Shown here piece after piece: positions 36,491 through 49,884 of a DNA stretch of 64,000 bases; positions within the stretch are counted from its first letter, which is position 1, and each line of letters starts with the position of its first letter. Made by a program: the position numbers and the translations under genes. The stretch lies in the NCBI GenBank assembly GCA_002269645.1, contig NIVC01003589.1, forward strand, positions 1-64,000. Direction: 5' to 3'. The notes under the pieces are model-generated. The model ran no database searches. It saw only the letters and a program-made list of their open reading frames with translations, and was not told the origin of the DNA. The DNA is from Macrostomum lignano (lineage: Eukaryota).

Positions 36491-36991
36491 AAGGACATTG
36501 ATGTTGCATACACAGCCTACATGTGTCGAGATGAGCGAAACGAAACTAGAACAAACATCTGCATTAAAGAGGGATCATGCAGCAATCCAAGGTATATTAT
36601 CATTAACATGAGAAACCCAAATAGAATTATACGCTACATGCATGGAGACGTGCGGTCCATTCAGCATGAAATCAGTGATAATCTTTACCCTGCACTGCCA
36701 CAAAATGGAGATTTCAGTCAGAACAAGATTAGCAAATTTTACAGCGAGTTGGTCGACTTGGCTGTGAAAGAGAACAATGGAATTGCTATCACTGCTCTTC
36801 AATATGGAACTCTATATCCGATGTTTGGCGCTGATGTGTCTGCCAGACAAATGCCTACTGATAACAGCCCTGTGAATATCGTGACTAACATTGAAAGGAC
36901 TGCCGCAACACCCGTGGACCTGTACATTGTCTATGCATTTGAGAGGAAGGTGAAGCTTAACATGATCAACAATTCATCCAGTAAAGTTTAA
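36491..36991 (+). pseudogene. Major capsid protein, C-terminal third only
   Basis: Near-identical to 15151-15650; fused back-to-back to the upstream region of the 36420 ORF by a ~2-kb deletion. Confidence 0.88.
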
Positions 36992-37010
36992 ATATTTTTT
37001 AGGACAAAAA

Positions 37011-37874
37011 ATGGAAGCTATAGCCGAAAGACTAAACAACATTGTTTCACACTCTAAGGAGAGCATTCCTATTACAATAACCGGGCGAATTAATGACTCA
37101 AACGGGATGTTTGTTGAAAAATTAGAGCAGGCGATTCGCCTGGATCCAGGTGCTAATTACCATGTCTATCTTAACGACTTCACTGGTTGGTCAAACGTTC
37201 CCAATGTGACGGCAGCAAATAATAAGTTTTATTACAAATGGAAAGGTGCAGCAGCAGACCCTGTGGTATTCCATGTGAGCACGCAGAGTGTTGATACCTA
37301 CAATTACTTTCTAGAAAATGTCTTTACTAAAAGAGGCCATTTTGAGACACCTGATGCGAGTAAGCCAGAGAAGAAACTGTTCCCTGTCAAACTAACCTAT
37401 GATCTCACTGTAATGAGAGTGGTCATGCAAGTTCACAAAGATGCGGAGGTTGAGTTTAAAGATGACACTTGGTATAGGGAATTACGATTCGAGAAGAAAG
37501 TTTATAAGGCAGAATCCGCGGCGCGGATCGCCACTCAAGCATCAGGGACCGTTAAAATGGTCCGGGAAAGTGTAAGCGGTTTGTTCTTAGCACCCAATAT
37601 TGAAGACATTGTAAAGGGTTTGAATATTCTAATCAGAAGCAATCTCAGTCTTGATTGGGTATTTAAGGGAAAGCGAACGAATATTTTGTACAACATCTCC
37701 AACTCTGTTGCTGGAGGACAGATTGTGGTAGAGAAACCAAATCCGGTGAAAAGAGTTGTATTGAGTAATAAGGAGATTCACGAGATTGTGCTACAGTTTG
37801 AGACTGAAGATGGGGTAGGTGTTGATTTCAACGGTGAAGATTTTGTATTGACGTTAATCATTGAGAGAATGTGA
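37011..37874 (+). CDS. Minor capsid (penton) protein, inner copy
   Basis: Intact 287 aa, homologous to 14267-15130. Confidence 0.8.
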   Translation: MEAIAERLNNIVSHSKESIPITITGRINDSNGMFVEKLEQAIRLDPGANYHVYLNDFTGWSNVPNVTAANNKFYYKWKGAAADPVVFHVSTQSVDTYNYFLENVFTKRGHFETPDASKPEKKLFPVKLTYDLTVMRVVMQVHKDAEVEFKDDTWYRELRFEKKVYKAESAARIATQASGTVKMVRESVSGLFLAPNIEDIVKGLNILIRSNLSLDWVFKGKRTNILYNISNSVAGGQIVVEKPNPVKRVVLSNKEIHEIVLQFETEDGVGVDFNGEDFVLTLIIERM

Positions 37875-37877
37875 GAA

Positions 37878-38819
37878 ATCACAATTGCTTAATGATTTCT
37901 TCAAAGTTATAGTAGCTGTCGTAATCGTTAATGACTACGGCAAGGCCATACTTATGAAACCAGTGTCTTTGGAGAGCTAGATTAATATTAGGGACATTGA
38001 TATCAACGCCGGGCCAATATTTTCTCATGTATTCACTGCATTCCTTCTTGAATTGGTACTTACTCTTGTAATTAGGCTCGTGCGCTTTGTAATAAGAACC
38101 TGGGGAGACAACTGGAAACATTTTTAGAGAAAAATTAGATTTTTTTCAATGGGTAAGGACCCTGCGCTAATAATTTTAAGTCTTAGGGATCTGATTTCGC
38201 ATTGCGAATTGAATGCGGGGAGAAGAATGCAGATTATTTTCTGATTGTTTCGAAGATGCTATGGGTGGATGTCGGTGTCAATGAGCATAACAGGTGTTAG
38301 TGGACATCTGTTATGCTCTGATTCTGTCAGGGATAATAATGGATGGATTTAATAGGATTATGTTCGAAGTTTTCGGAGCAAGTGCGACCCCCCTTTATTT
38401 CTGATTCTGTCAGGGATAATATGGATGGATTTAGGTGGATTATGGAGGATGTTTTGTGAGCGAGTGCGACCCCCCTTTTTTCTGATTCTGTCAGGGATAA
38501 TATGGATGGATTTAGGTGGATTATGGAGGACGTTTTGTGAGCGAGTGCGACCCCCTTTTTTCTGATTCTGTCAGGGATAATATGGATGGATTTAGGTGGA
38601 TTATGGAGGACGTTTTGTGAGCGAGTGCGACCCCCCTTTTTTTCTGATTCTGTCAGGGATAATATGGATGGATTTAATGGGATTATGGAGGACGTTTTGT
38701 GAGCGAGTGCGACCCCCCCCCTTTTTTTCTGATTCTGTCAGGGATAATATGGATGGATTTAATGGGATTATGGAGGACGTGAAACATTTTGTCCCAGAAG
38801 CCCCCTCATGCCTTCGACT
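37878..38819 (-). repeat. Right TIR of the inner copy (6 VNTR units; terminus catgccttcgact versus consensus catgcattctact)
   Basis: Reverse complement of the TIR consensus. Confidence 0.9.
37879..38121 (-). CDS. 80-aa TIR-encoded protein
   Basis: Variant copy of 14023-14262. Confidence 0.65.
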   Translation of the reverse strand: MFPVVSPGSYYKAHEPNYKSKYQFKKECSEYMRKYWPGVDINVPNINLALQRHWFHKYGLAVVINDYDSYYNFEEIIKQL

Positions 38820-40294
38820 GGCACTTGATGTTTTCCGGGAACGGTGGAAAGTCAGAGAAATAGTCGTAAAGCACTGGTGGAATGTAAACATCAACCTCAT
38901 AAATGGCAGCCAATGAAAAGTCCCGTTTGAATTCTGATAGCCATCGAAAATCTCTAACTGGAAGATCTTGACTCATCGCCCACCCGTAGAGATTATTAGC
39001 GTCCAAGTAAGTAATTTAGTTTGAGGGCTGCTCCTTATTGTAAGATTCAATGTAGGGATTGTTTGCTTTTGCATACCTGTTAACACAAATTAAGATCCCC
39101 CCTCGCTTTGACGATTCGACAAAATTGTACATGTCAATGTCTGTAAGAAGTTCAATGTAACAATCTGGATCTTGATCCCATTTCATTTTAAGCAAAGATT
39201 CCCAGCTAGTGGCAGGCAGAGACACATAATGTGCTGGATCGAGGCCATATGCTGTGTACCAGGTGTATCTGAAGGTTTCAAACACATCGGCCAGCAGAAA
39301 CACATCTGTGAAGAGGTAAAGCAGGTGATACTGGAAGAATTTTTGACAATTAAAGTAATTATAGACATACTTCGCGTGCTCATAGTCTTTGTCAGAGATT
39401 CCAGAGTTTGTTAGCTTTGAAAAGAACTTCTCCTGTGGTGGTAAACCTTCTTCAAATACGTGATACCCAGTAATATTTTCATAGGGGTAGAAGCCTTTCT
39501 TTCTTAAAAGTTTAAATGATTCATCAGTGTTGTTAATTTTACTTGCAAACATCTTTGTATATGTACATTGTTCATCTTTTAGATTCTTGCTTAGTTCGTC
39601 TAGACTGGCAGCTAGAAATTGATATGAATCCTTCAGTCTTATTTTACCTTTACCTAAATTATCCTGTTAAATATCAACACACTTAAACTTCTCCTTGTTC
39701 TCTGCGATGCAATCAAGGTGTATGTCTGGAATCATGCCGATTTTTTCAACTATTAAATGCATGTCATAGTTCTTTGCGTTGTGACAAAATATCGATAGAT
39801 CATGAATGTTCGATTTTAGCTTTAGATTACAGGTGTTATGCGCTGCACCTCTAAATTTCCCAGTATAGTGGCAGTGGTCCCTAACGGAGGGGTTTTTAAT
39901 ATCAGTGCAAGTTAACTGTTTCCTGCAGATGTGGCAATGAGTTGGTGATGGGAAATTGCTTTCATCCTCCTCAGTCATCATTATTGGAACAGGTTGAAGG
40001 GTGCTAATCACTCTTTGCAACTCTAACATTCTGGCAATAAACTGCTCCACACACTGCTCTCCAAAGAAATAATTATACTCAACAAGTCCTTTTGTAACGG
40101 TAATAAAAGCATATGCTACTGAATTAGGGACATGTTTTTGAGTTTCTTGCATGATTGAGCATTCGAAATCAGCATATACAACAAATTGGAGCTTCTCCAT
40201 CTTGTGATAGTTCTTAAACCGGAGATACTTTTCTTCAGCTGAAGGAAGAGAGCAGTTGGTTGGGTGATCTTCACAGGATAATTCATGCTCTGCT
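38820..40294 (-). pseudogene. polB: pPolB of the outer family A copy, middle part
   Basis: YADFEC, DHCHYTG, KGFYPYE, DANNLYG; contiguous with 22393 after removing the inner element. Confidence 0.92.
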
Positions 40295-41988
40295 TTGACT
40301 TACTTGACTTAGCTGCAGGGCTGTCCCGGGGGGACACAGCGGGAAGGCGCAAACGCCCATTCCGCTAATCCCTGAACGGCCGACGCGTCGCTATGGACGA
40401 AGGGTTGGCGCCGCCCAGGTAGTTCCCCCAGTTACGCCAGCAGCTATGGTGCTCTCTGGAAAGGAGAGTTCAGCCCTGCGGTTGGCCCGGAGGTAGCGCA
40501 TGAGCTGATTAAAGTTGTCGGGTTTGCACGCTTCAGTAATAGATGTGTGTGGCCCGAGGTAAGTGAGTCTGGCTCGCGTGAAGGCGGGACAGATGCTGAC
40601 GAAATGCTCAGCGGTTTCGTCACCTGAGTTACAGAAACTGCAGATGGCGTTGGTGGCGTTGCCCTGCAGGTACTGGTGCCTAGAGAAGCAGCCGTGACAT
40701 GAGAGGGTCATGATGGCAGCCCGGATGTCGCTGCGCGAGAGGCGCAAGAGGAGCTTCCGGAGCTGGTGAGAGGGCTGAGGGACAGCGCCTCTGGATTGCC
40801 TGCAGGTGGTGCAGTTCGCCCAAGTTGAGCGGTGCTGGGTCCTGATCCACGCTTTGATGCGCGAGTCGATGACACAGCCAGGAATCGGGACAAGGGGATC
40901 AGGACCGAGAGAGGAGCCGGAGGCACCAACTTTCGCAAGGGCGTCAGCCAACTCATTTCCTCGGATCCCCACATGCCCCGGAACCCACTTGAGGGTGATT
41001 TTGTTGGTGGAGCCCAACATGTTGAGGAGTTTGATACAGTCGAGGACTGTAGCAGAATTGGTGCTGCAGCCACTGATGGCGTGCAAGGCAGCTTGGCTGT
41101 CCGAATGGAAAATGATGTTCTTACCGGTAACGCCAGTGGCGAGGAGCTCTGCGGTGCAGGAGCTGATGGCAAGAACTTCATTTTGGAAGACACTAGAGTT
41201 GACCCCAGTGTACTGAGCGTGGGTTGCGATAACCCTTCCGTTCAGAAAGATTCCAACGCCAAAACCGGGGTTGGCTGACTGCTTAGAACAATCGGTGTAG
41301 CAGTGGAGCTCACCAGGGTTCTAGTGGTCATTGATGGTATCGCGCGAGTCGATAGCTACGGAGTGGCGCTGTCTCAGGTTGAGCGTTGAGGCAATGCCAT
41401 CAGTGAAGACCCGATTGGCATGACACTCGTTGAGAATGTTGAGGCACAGGTCGCTATGCGGGACGAGGTTCCGCTTAGCAGGTGCCCTCATGTAAAGGAA
41501 TTTGACACCGGCATCAAGTAAACCCCGGGTCGTTCTAGCCGCCTCACGCCTGACGAAGAGGTCGAGAGGCGGTAGATTAAGGAAGGCCCCCATGCCAGCA
41601 AAGGGCGTGGACCTGGTCTGCACCCTCTATTTGCCTCTGGCAGCCGCAGACTCCCCCACGCTGTCTCGCAAGTCGACCCAGGGTACTCGTCCCCGCGTGT
41701 GTTCAAGGCAGACCCTAGGGCTGCTGGACAGACTGGGCTCCGGCGCTGGCGACCCTATCCAGTGGCTTCGGCCGAATTTGGGTATGCGGGTCTGGCTCAC
41801 CAGCCTGCAGGCCGTGGTACTGCTTAACGTACCCTCTAATGCCTAAGGTGTTTGACCGTGCCGATGGGCTGGAAGGCCGGGGAGTAGTCCGGTCGCTAGC
41901 GGTCCTTTTTTCAAACCGGCTGGCTTGAGGTGTCGGCCAGTCGGGTACTCAACTCGCATAACGAGTAGCCCTCCCCCGCTTTTCAGCT

Positions 41989-43518
41989 ATGGGCACTAAC
42001 GCCACCATCTCTAAAGAAACTGACCCGGTCGCCTCTGGCTCACCGGGATCAGCCGCTCCGGTAGCTACCACTGGTAGCACCAACGCCCAACCTGGTCCAA
42101 CCGGGCCAGCTGACGCTGCCGCCGATCACCCTGGCCGCCAGTCTAGCCGACCGCGCACGGCCGAGTCTCGACGACAGCGGAACATCCGCCGCAACCGTAA
42201 GCGGCAGGAGAAGCGGGCTGCTGCTGCGTCTGAGGAGGGCGGGCAAGCCGCGGTGAGGCCTTCGGGAGCCACCGCAGCGGGGAGGCCCTCTGGGGAGTCC
42301 GGTGGCGCGGCTGGGCCGTCAGGAACCGCCGTGTCCTCGGGCTCTCAGGGGGGCAACCCTGCCGGCCTACCGCCTTCCAAAGACAAAGCGGCCCCGCTCA
42401 AGACCTCCGAGTCCTACGCGTCCAAGGTCAAGCAGCCGCTGCAACCCGCCGTGATGATCCTCGGCGGGGATTTCGACCTGACGCCCGAGCAGCTCGACGT
42501 CGCGTGGCGTACCATCGACGAGGGCTTGCTCAATCTAACCCTGGAGGGCGTCTTCGTGGACATCGTCAAGTCCACCAAGGCGAACGGGTGCATCCTACTG
42601 TGGTGCAAATCCGAGGAGAGCACCCAGCTCCTGCGGGATCAGCTGCCCAAGTTCGACTGGCACAGCGAACTGGGCCAGCTGACCTTCGCCTTGGAGAGCG
42701 AGCGGCCGAAGACCATCCGCCATCGGATTTGGGTCCCGGCCGACAGTGCAATCAAGTCCGGGGAGCAGCTGCGGCAGCTCCTGCTCAAGCGGCACCCGGA
42801 TCTCGACGCCAGTGGTCTTGTGTACCACAGCACGAACCGCAAGGGCACGACCGGGGCCACAGTCATCCTCGGCCTGACGGAGGGATGGGCCAAGCGGCTA
42901 CCGCACGGCACAAACCTCCACCTTGGTCTCCATCAACTGACCATCCTCCGCTGTGAGGAGGGCAAGGTGGAGACCAAGAAAGACGGGAAGCGCGCCGCTC
43001 CCGGAGCTGGGGCTCATGCCCCGCCGGCCAAGCGGCAGCAGCAACCCGATCCCGAGCCTAACAAGGCTATTCGCGCTGCTGAGTCCGCCTCGCGCGGACG
43101 TAGACCCGCCCGCAGTAGCCGGCGGTCCGGTCTAATCCAGCGCGCACTTGACGAAGCTCAGTCTCTGAGACTTCACCTCGAGCAGACTCGTGCCGCTCGC
43201 AAAAACACTGAAAGCCAGCCGAGGGAACTGGACGACGGCACGGCTCAGCCTTCCAACTGGTGGGATTACCACCAGGAGGACGCTGCCGGCCGAGCTCAGA
43301 CTCCCGACGGCGGGGCGCAAGGCGAAGGCAGCAGCCGTACCCCAATCGCTGGGGAGGAGGGCGGTGTAGCGCGGCTAGGTGACTCACCTGCCGTGGGCGC
43401 CGTGTCCGCCTCCGCGGCGGCTGGGGAGGCGGCTGAGCCTGAGCCAATGGAAATTGGCGACTCAACTCTCACCGATGAGGCTGAGAATGAGTTGCTTTTC
43501 TCCTCCCCTGGACAGTAG
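41989..43518 (+). CDS. LINE ORF1
   Basis: 509-aa ORF immediately 5' of ORF2. Confidence 0.85.
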   Translation: MGTNATISKETDPVASGSPGSAAPVATTGSTNAQPGPTGPADAAADHPGRQSSRPRTAESRRQRNIRRNRKRQEKRAAAASEEGGQAAVRPSGATAAGRPSGESGGAAGPSGTAVSSGSQGGNPAGLPPSKDKAAPLKTSESYASKVKQPLQPAVMILGGDFDLTPEQLDVAWRTIDEGLLNLTLEGVFVDIVKSTKANGCILLWCKSEESTQLLRDQLPKFDWHSELGQLTFALESERPKTIRHRIWVPADSAIKSGEQLRQLLLKRHPDLDASGLVYHSTNRKGTTGATVILGLTEGWAKRLPHGTNLHLGLHQLTILRCEEGKVETKKDGKRAAPGAGAHAPPAKRQQQPDPEPNKAIRAAESASRGRRPARSSRRSGLIQRALDEAQSLRLHLEQTRAARKNTESQPRELDDGTAQPSNWWDYHQEDAAGRAQTPDGGAQGEGSSRTPIAGEEGGVARLGDSPAVGAVSASAAAGEAAEPEPMEIGDSTLTDEAENELLFSSPGQ

Positions 43519-43520
43519 AC

Positions 43521-46500
43521 ATGACTGTCTCCCAGGGCATCCACTGCTTGCAGGTCAACCTGCAGCACAGCATTGCTGCTTTAGTCAACCTCTTGAAGCA
43601 CACTGACCAATACGTGCCAGGGATTATCCTTATCCAGGAACCTTGGACGCTTAGGGGCAGCCCCCAACATGTCCCCACCGGCTACCAGTGTTTAACCGCT
43701 GGTACCCGGAAGGGAAACCTGGCACCAAGATCCTGCATCATGGTGTCCAGTTCTATTAACGCATGGCTCAGATCAGACCTGTCCACCAGGGACATCTGTG
43801 TCATCCAGTCTGAAGACATACTCCCTGGGAGGACTACCCTCATCGCCTCGGTTTACCTACCGGGCGACGGCGAGATGATCCCAGTAGAGCTTGTCACACT
43901 GGTCGAGCTCTGCTCCACCAGAAACTATGAGCTGCTCGTGGCAGGTGACATCAATGCCCACCACACCCACTGGGGCAGTTCTGATATAAACCAGAGAGGT
44001 GAAGACTTCCTGGCTTATATTGCTACTACAACCCTTGAGTTCTGTAACTCGGGTAGTACCCCTACCTTCAATAACGGACGCCGATCGGAGGTGCTGGATG
44101 CCACCCTCGCCACGCCCAGGCTCTTCCGGAGCACTAGGGAGTGGCGGGTGCTTCCTGAGGCGTCCCTCTCCGATCACAAGTTCATCTCTTTCACGCTGGC
44201 CAGCGCCCGTAACGCAGGCCAGCTTTACTGGAAACGGAATGCTAGGAATACCGACTGGACCGCCTTCAGGCTTGCCCTGGAGGAGACCTATCGTTGCACT
44301 AGCACTCCAGTCTCCATCAACACCTGCGAAGAAGCAGATGAATTTGCGGCCGCACTTACGGACTCGCTCACTGCTGCCTTCGAAGCCTCATGCCCACTAA
44401 AGGCATATAAAGGCAAACAGTCGGCCCCATGGTGGAACCCGCAGCTTGGCGACCTCCGTCGCAGAGCCAAAAGGCTTCACCGCAGGGCCCAAAAAACTAA
44501 AAACCCGGCCGATCAAACCGCCTACCTGAACTCTATCCACGAGTTCAAGAGGCAGGTTAGGAACGCCAAAACCAACAAGTGGCGCGAATACTGTGAGGAA
44601 CTTGAGGGCTCCCGCCCCACCTCCAGAATCGTTAAAGCCCTCACCCTGGACAAAATGTCCAAACTCTCCTCAGTCAAGAGAGCCGACGGCTCGCTCACTG
44701 AGAACCCAGGAGAAACACTGGAAGCGATGCTAACAGCGTTTTTCCCGAACGAGCCAGCCAGGCCCGACCCCCCTGACCACTCAGTGGGCGGACACGTACT
44801 GGCTGACTCAATCATCACGGAGGACCGCGTTACTAAAGCTGTCTCCTCCTTCAAACCCTTCAAATCCCCAGGACCGGACGGCGTTGTGCCAGCCTTCCTG
44901 CGGGAGGCGGTGAAATGCACCGGTTTCCTGCGGAACTTTGTCGGCTTCTGAAAGCTTGCATTGTGCTCGGCTTTGTTCCGAAATCCTGGACCGAGGCCAA
45001 GGTGGTCTTTATCCCCAAGCCTGGCCGACCGGACTACCGGTCCATTAAATCCTTCAGACCAATTAGCCTCACCTCCACATTTGTGAAGCTGTTAGAGAGA
45101 CTGGTGCTCTGGCGCCTCCTCTCTGTGGAACTGAAGAACAAGCCGCTCAGTGAGAACCAGCATGCCTTTCAGGCAGGCAGGTCCACGGAGAGCGCGCTTC
45201 ACGTTCTGGTTGACATGCTGGAGAAAGCCGTTCTTGGTAATGGCTACGCTCTCGCTGTCTTCCTCGACATTGTTGGAGCCTTTGATAGTGTCCTCTTTGA
45301 GGCTTTTGACAGAGCTCTACGTGCTAGAGGAACCCACTCGCACCTCACCCGGTGGATCATGTATATGATCAGCCACCGTACTGCCACCGCACACCTGTTG
45401 GGCCACCAACGGACGGTAACCGTCTGCAAAGGCAGCTCCCAGGGCGGTGTCCTCTCTCCAGTTCTCTGGAACATGGTCATCGATGAGCTCCTCCAGGACA
45501 GCCATCTTGACCCCATCCTCAAGGTCGGTTACGCCGATGATGTCACTGCCGTGGCATCCGGACCGTCACCTGAAACCCTTAGAGATCTTTTGCAAAACTT
45601 CATTCGCTCTGCTGAACGTTGGGCGGACAGGTGCGGCCTCAGGCTCTCCGAGACCAAAACTGTCGCGATCATGTTCACCAGCAGGGTAAACTGGCGTATT
45701 CGCCCACTAAAGCTTTACGGGGTGGAAATTCCATCCTGCAAGCAAACCAAGTGTCTCGGCGTTACGCTGGACCACCGGCTGAGCTGGTCCACCCACGTCC
45801 AGGCCAAAACCAAAAAAGCCCTCGCGATTCTTGCGCAGCTGCGCAGAGCCGTCGGCACCACCTGGGGCCTCACCCCAAAGCGTCTCTGGTGGATCTATAC
45901 CACAATGGTCCGACCGGCCGTTACTTACGCCGGCCTGGTCTGGACCAGCGCCTTGCAGATTAAAACCTGCCACGAAGCCCTCAAAAAGGTGCAGGGACGT
46001 GCGTGCCGCATGATCCTGAATGCCCCGCTCTCTGCTCCCTTTGACGGCCTCAACGCCTTTCTCTGCCTCCCGCCTCTGGACATCTTTGTCCGTCGCGAGG
46101 CTGCTAAAACCACCCGCCGGCTCATCGAGGCTGGTGTTAGCTTCAAGCCACAAAGAGCGATGGCGAAGCGCAAGCTCCTGCCGCACTCTGACCTGTGCCT
46201 TAAAGTTCTGGAGGAGAGTGGGAGTGCGGCTGTCCTTTCGGACGCTGAACCGCGCTCCCTCAATCTCTACCAACGCTTCAAGGTCACGATCCCCTCCAGG
46301 GAGAACGCCAACGACAGCTGGGCCCCTCAGGAGGTTCACTGCTTCACTGACGGATCCTCCAAAGACGGTTTATCCGGCTTTGGAGTCTGTATCCTTATCA
46401 ACGGCCGCGTGATTGCTACTCACGCCCAACACACTGGCAGACTCTCCAGCGTCTTCCAGAATGAAGTCCTTGCCATCAGCTCCTGTGCAGCTGAGCTCCA

Positions 46501-47224
46501 CTGCAAGGACTTCAAGGACAGTAGAATCTTCTTCCACTCTGACAGCCAGGCCGCTTTACAGGCCCTGTGTCACACCACTACGAACTCCCGAACAGCCCGC
46601 GACTGTATCGGGCAGCTCAACAAGCTGGCTCGGAGGAACACCGTCCGGCTCACGTGGATCCCAGGACACGCCGGCTTCAAAGGTAACGAGCTCGCCGACT
46701 CCCTCGCTAAGGCGGGCTGTTCCGGCTCGCCCCTTGGCCCCGTGCCCCTGGCCCCCATCCCCGCCACAGTCATTAATCGTCAGATTAACGACTGGGCGGA
46801 CATCCTGCACTTGCGCAGATGGGATGGTATCTCCAACTGCCGCCAATCTCGTGCGGCAGTGCCCAATCCGTCCCTCAAGCTGCGGAGAATCCTTTTGAAC
46901 CAAAATCGAAAAGATATCCGCGCTCTCACTATGACCTTCACAGGTCACGGTTGCTTTGCCAGGCACTGCTTCCTCCGATGTGTTTGCCGGAGTGAACTCT
47001 GCCCCTTCTGCAGCCTCGAGAATGAAGATGCCAAGCACTTCGTCTGCTACTGCCCGGCCTTCAACCGAGACCGGCTCAACCACCTCGGGCCCAACCCGTC
47101 CCTGGACGACGTTTGCCGGCCCGAGAACATCCCACGGCTCATCCGGTTCCTCCGGGCCACCAAGCGAGCCTCCGTCTTCCCCACCGAAGACAACGCTGCA
47201 GACAGGACCGGCAGACCTCCCTGA
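43521..47224 (+). CDS. LINE ORF2: APE-RT-RNase H-CCHC, single frameshift near 44925
   Basis: QVNLQH, GDINAHH, SDH; RPISLTS, FLDIVGAFD, QGGVLSP, GYADD; FTDGS, QNEV, SDSQAAL, GNELAD. Confidence 0.92.
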
Positions 47225-49884
47225 CCGGCCCCGCGCCCTAGCCTATGCGGGTCTTTCAGGGATTAGCGGAATGGGCGACGCTCGCCTCCCCGCTGCGTCT
47301 TCGGACCGCCCTGCAGCTAAGTCAAGTAAGTAAGTCAAGGACCTGGTGGCGTTGCAGATGAGCCTACACGCTCTGCCTTGGATCGTGTTGAGCAGGTCTG
47401 CATGGCTTTTGACCTGGGTAGCGCTAACCCAGACAACAGAGGCGTACGTAATGGCAGGTCTAACTACGGAAGTATAGATCCACCAAAGCCGCTTTGGGGA
47501 TAGACCCCAAGAAGTGCCAAGTGCTCGTCGGAGCTGGGCCAGGATGGCTGAGGCACGCTTGGCTTTTGCTTTCACGTGGAAGGACCAGTTGAGCCGGTGG
47601 TCAAGTATGACCCCGAGACATCTGGTCTGATGCGCGAAGGCAATATCTCTCCCGTAAAGCTGCAGATGTCACATGTTCCAGCGGATTCTGCTCGTGAACA
47701 TAATGGCAACAGATTTGGGCTCGGAGAGTTCCAGACCGTTGTCATTGGCCCAGGATTCTGCTTTGCGGATAAAGCTCTGCATCAGATCCCTGAGCGTGCT
47801 GGGGGACGGCCCAGCCACAATGGCAGTGACGTCGTCAGCATACCCGACTTTGAAGACGGGATCAGGTCGGGAGTCACCCAGAAGAGCGTCCATGACCAGG
47901 TTCCAGAGCGTCGGGGTGAGGACTCCGCCTTGGGGTCCACCCTTACAGACTCTGGCGGAGGCAGTTTGCCCAAGAAGTTAGGCAGTGACTGTACGGTTGG
48001 AGATCATGTACAAGATCCACCGTATGAGGTTAGCGTGAGCTTTGCGATTTTGCAGGGCCCTCTGAAACGCTTAAAAGATAACGTTGTCGAAGGCGACAAC
48101 AATGTCGAGAAAAAGAGCCAGGGCGTAACCGTCACCCAGTACCGCCCGTTCAATCTTCTCGATTATCACATGCAGGACGCTGTCAGTCGACCTCCCGGTA
48201 CGGAAGGCGTGCTGATTATTGCTGAGAGGCATTGCTGTCAGCTCGCATGAAATCAGCCGCCAGAGAATAAGCCTCTCAGTGAGATTAAGCATGGCTGACG
48301 TTAAGCTAATTGGCCTAAAGGCCTTGATGCTCTGGTAGTCACCCTTCCCAGGTTTGGGAATGAAGACTACCCGAGCTTCGGTCCAGCACTTGGGAACGTA
48401 TCCCAGCTGGATAGAAGGCCGCATGAGATTGCGGGTAAGTCTAAGGAACGAGGGTATCTTGGCTGCTTCACGAAGGAGAACAGGGTAGATACCATCAGGT
48501 CCAGGGATTTGAAGGGCTTGAAGGTTCTGACCGCACGAGCGATTAAGTCTTCAGTGATTATGCCCGCCGCTATGGTGGCTCCATCCATTGAGTGGTTGGG
48601 TTCCGATCTAGCGGTGGGTACCCTCGGGAAGAATGTGCTGAGCATATGCTGAAGCACTTCTTCAGGGTCTTTAGTAAGAGAGCCATCATCTTTTTTGATC
48701 ATGGCTAATTTGGACATTTTGTCCATTGTAAGGGCCTTGACAAGCCTAGAAGTAGGTCTATCTTGATCCAATTCATTGCAGAATTGGCGCCATTTACATT
48801 CCTTGGCCTTGCGCACTTCAGATTTGAAGTTGCGGTAGGCTTGTCGGAAATTCTCCATGTCCTCCGGGTTTCCAGTCTTCATGGCACGGCGGTGAAGGCT
48901 TTTGGCCTTCCGACTGAGTTTCCCCAGCTCCAGGTTCCACCACGGCGCCGAGGTCTTGCCTTTGTAGGCGCGAGCAGGACAAGCCGCTTCGTGGGCTGCA
49001 ATAATGCAACCTGTCAGCGTCTCAGCCGCTTGGTCCACATCCTTGCAGGTCTCAATCGGACGTAAGTCCGTAAGTTCCTGCAGGTGCAGATCAAGGGTAG
49101 CCTTATAGGCCGCTCAATCAGTGTTGCGGATGTTACGTCTCCAAGTAATCGAGGACTGGGGTTTAGTTTCCGCGATGTTAAAGGCGATAAAGCAGTGGTT
49201 AGACAGGCACGGCTCCACAGACCAGACTCTCCGCTCCTCAACTCTGTCAAAGAGTCTTGGGGTAACGAGTGTGGCGTCAAGGACCTCAGTCCATCTGCCA
49301 TTGTTAAAGGTAGGAGTGCTACCGCGGTTGCAGAGCATGAGGTTTGTGTTAGAGATAAGGGCCAGAAGCTCCTCCCCTCTAGTATTGGTGTCTTTGCTGC
49401 CCCAGTGCTTGTGGTGCGCGTTGAGGTCGCCCCCCAAGCACAGCTCAGCGTTCTGGGACTCGCAGTACTGCGCAAGGCGTAGTAGACTCTCGGGAGCAGG
49501 GTCTCTGTCGCCAGGGATGTAAATCGAGGCAACAAGACACGTACGCGGAGAGAGATGATTAGATTGGATGACACAGAGGTCTCCATCAGAGATATCAGTC
49601 CTCAGCAAAGCCTGGAGATGGCTAGCAGCGAGGATAGCCGCTCTAGGGCGGCTGTTCCCCGGGCCACACACATAAAAGTCAGAGTAGCCAGAGGGAATGT
49701 TGAGCAACTTACCGTTGCGCATCCAATGTTCCTGGATCAGGATGAGGCCTGGCCTGTACAGCTCAGCAATCTTCATCAGATTTACTGACACAGATACGCA
49801 ATGCTGTAGATTTATTTGAGGACAGAATGTCGCTCCTTTGGCAGCGTGGAGCTTAGTCATACTGTATTAAATGCAATTGTCTGG

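Larger units (their letters stand above)
41618..47338 (+). mobile_element. Full-length LINE (family B-2), nearly intact
   Basis: 9-bp TSD ggacctggt (41609-41617 / 47339-47347); 5' end identical to that of B-1; tail taagtcaagtaagtaagtcaa. Confidence 0.95.
40391..49860 (-). pseudogene. ORF2 of LINE B-1 (APE, RT, RNase H, CCHC), multiply frameshifted
   Basis: QINLQH, GGDLNAHH, FRPISLTS, FLDIV, GYADD, WVPGHVGIRGNELAD. Confidence 0.88.

Noticed and set aside
44915-44951. Programmed ribosomal frameshift in LINE ORF2
   Set aside because: No slippery heptamer; falls mid-ORF2 where related elements are continuous; a 1-bp deletion or sequencing error is simpler.
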